Assembly (NCBI GenBank): GCA_038087875.1
Contig: CM075990.1
Coordinates: 620,001-684,000 of the forward strand
Reading direction: 5' to 3'
DNA: 64,000 bases
From: Malacoraja senta
Taxonomy: Eukaryota
The position numbers and the translations under genes were made by a program. The first letter of the stretch is position 1, and each line of letters begins with the position of its first letter. This document shows positions 62,007 to 64,000 of this stretch, piece by piece. The notes beneath the pieces were generated by a model. That model was not told the DNA's origin, did no database searches, and worked only from the letters and a program-made list of their open reading frames with translations.

Positions 62007-62358
62007 CCATTTCAAGCAGGGTGCAAGGCAACCAAATTCAAGTGCAGTTTCCTACCATTTCAAGCAGGGTGTAAGGCCACCAAATTCAAGTGCAGTTTCT
62101 TACCACTTCAAGCAGGGTGCAAGGCCACCGAATTCAATTGCAGTTTCATACCACTTCAAGCAGGGTGCAAGGCCACCGAATGCTAGTGCTGTTTCATGCC
62201 ATTTCAAGCAGGGTGCAAGGCCACCAAATTCAAGTGCAGTTTCATACCACTTCAAGCAGGGTGCAAGACAACCAAATTGAAGTGCAGTTTCATACCATTT
62301 CAAGCAGGGTGCAAGGCCACCACATTCCAATGCAGTTTCATACCATTTCAAGCAGGGT
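62007..62358. repeat. 48-bp tandem repeat, ~7 units
   Basis: CCATTTCAAGCAGGGTGCAAGGCCACCAAATTCAAGTGCAGTTTCATA. Confidence 0.95.
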
Positions 62359-62763
62359 GAAACCACCATAAAACCACTATAAAATAACCACACAAAACAC
62401 CACATAAACACCACACTCACAGTTCAGTAGACATTCAGTGTGTTCAGTTGATTCACTGCTCAGACAGAGTCGTGACCTCTCTCTCCTCCATCTTGCAGAA
62501 ACTGAGCCACACCCACACTTACGGGTTTTATAATCCCTCCCCCTCCAACTGGAAGGGGCGTGGCCGTCATGGCGTGATTGACAGGAGAGAGATTCTCAAC
62601 ATGTTTTAAACACTAATAACACTTTTAATTTTCATTAATGGGAAGAATCCTCTGCACCTTATGAGTGGCGAGGAACTGAGTAAGAAGGCCTAAAATCACA
62701 GCCGTAAGTGGTAGCGTTTTATCTAAAATCAATATTCAGTGCAAACAGGAAGTTGTCAAGTTT

Positions 62764-63345
62764 CCACCAACAACAGCCATTTTTTTTGGCATTGCAGCCT
62801 TTCAAAGTAGTTACCACCACCAACAACAGCCATTTTTTTGCAGTGCAGCCTTTCAAAGCAGTTACCAAAACCAACAGCCTTTTTTTTTGGCAGTGCAACC
62901 TTTCAAAGCAGTTACCACCACCAACAACAGCCATTATTTTTGCAGTGCAGCCTTTCAAAGCAGTTACCACCACCAACAACAGCCTTTTTATTGCAGTGCA
63001 GCGATTCAAAGGAGTTACCACCACCAACAACAGCCATTTTTTTTGCAGTGCAGCCTTTTAAAAGCAGTTACCACCAACAACAACAGCCATTTGTTTTGCA
63101 GTGCAGCCTTTGAAAGCAGTTACCACCACCAACAACAGCCTTTTTTTTTGCAGTACAGCCTTTCAAAGCAGTTACAACAACCAACAACAGCCATTTTTCC
63201 CAATGCAGCCATTTTAAAGCAGTGCAGCCTTTCAAAGCAGTTACCACCATCAACAACAGCCATTTTTTTTTGCAGTGCAGCCTTTCAAAGCAGTTACCAC
63301 CATCAACAATAGCTATTTTTTTTGCAGTGCAGCATTTCAAAGCAA
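62764..63345. repeat. ~51-bp tandem repeat, ~11 units
   Basis: CCACCAACAACAGCCATTTTTTTGCAGTGCAGCCTTTCAAAGCAGTTA with variable T-run. Confidence 0.95.
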
Positions 63346-64000
63346 CCATTTTTTCATTTTCAAACCACATTTAGGGCACTCACAGTTGAGTAGCCATGTG
63401 TTCAGTATTAGTCAGAGCTCAGAGAGACGTGACCCTCTTGCTTCCTCCATCTTGCAGAGACTGAGTGAGGCTGACTATATCTCTCAATTTCCCTTATCCT
63501 TAACCAGTCTGAAGAAGGGTCTCGATCCGAAACATCACCCATTTCTCTCTCCAGGGATGCTGCCTGTCCCGCTGAGTTACTCCAGCTTTTTGTGTCTACC
63601 TTTAGTTTAGTTCAGTTTAATTAAGAGATACAGCACAGAAACAGACCCCTTGGTACTTTCTGCAGCTTCCTTCATTCTTGGGTATTCAAGTTACCGAGCC
63701 AGACTCTAATGCTACCAGTAAATATATTGGCTACCGTACACCTATAGGGGTTCGATAAAGTATTCAGTAACATGTAGAATCTCCTCAAACTTCTGAGGAA
63801 GTTGACTTTACTTTGTTGTCAAGTGTATCGAGGTGCAGTGAGAAGCTTTTGTTGTGTGCTAACCAGTCAGCAGAAAGACAATACATGATTACAATCCAGC
63901 CATTTACAGTGTATAGATACATGATAAGGGAATAACGTTTAGTGCCAGGTAAAGCCAGCAAAGCCGTTGGTTAGCTAACGTTGTGATTGCATCAACATGC

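Larger units (their letters stand above)
61725..63475 (-). mobile_element. Non-autonomous Helitron-like element carrying two minisatellites
   Basis: Minus-strand 3' end: hairpin TGGGACCC-AAC-GGGTCCCA (61735-61753) then CTAG|T (61725-61728); 5' end not identified. Confidence 0.65.

Noticed and set aside
61981..63370. Repetitive-protein ORFs
   Set aside because: By-products of the 48-bp and ~51-bp tandem repeats, open on both strands

Overview
Eukaryotic, repeat-saturated vertebrate DNA. The V-domain tRNA-SINEs with CR1 tails, fish-type ERV env and Penelope/DIRS/Rex1 elements suggest a cartilaginous fish (skate/ray-like); this is inference only. No intact host gene is visible. The centre is a nested stack of elements: a decayed minus-strand ERV (about 9.9-51.0 kb) carries a DIRS1 element in its leader and a second LTR element in gag, and that second element holds further insertions. 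A ~14.4 kb block appears twice (14858-29243 and 30057-50106) either side of a 200-N gap, so it is either a true tandem duplication or two uncollapsed haplotypes. The standout is a 5.3 kb PIF/Harbinger transposon (32766-38064) found only in the second copy. It has TIRs, a TTA TSD, an uninterrupted 432-aa DDE transposase and a convergent six-exon MADF/Myb gene whose predicted splicing keeps frame. A 52-bp antisense copy of the transposase coding region sits just after its stop codon, and a MITE derived from the element lies at 1593-2169. All alignments were done by eye.
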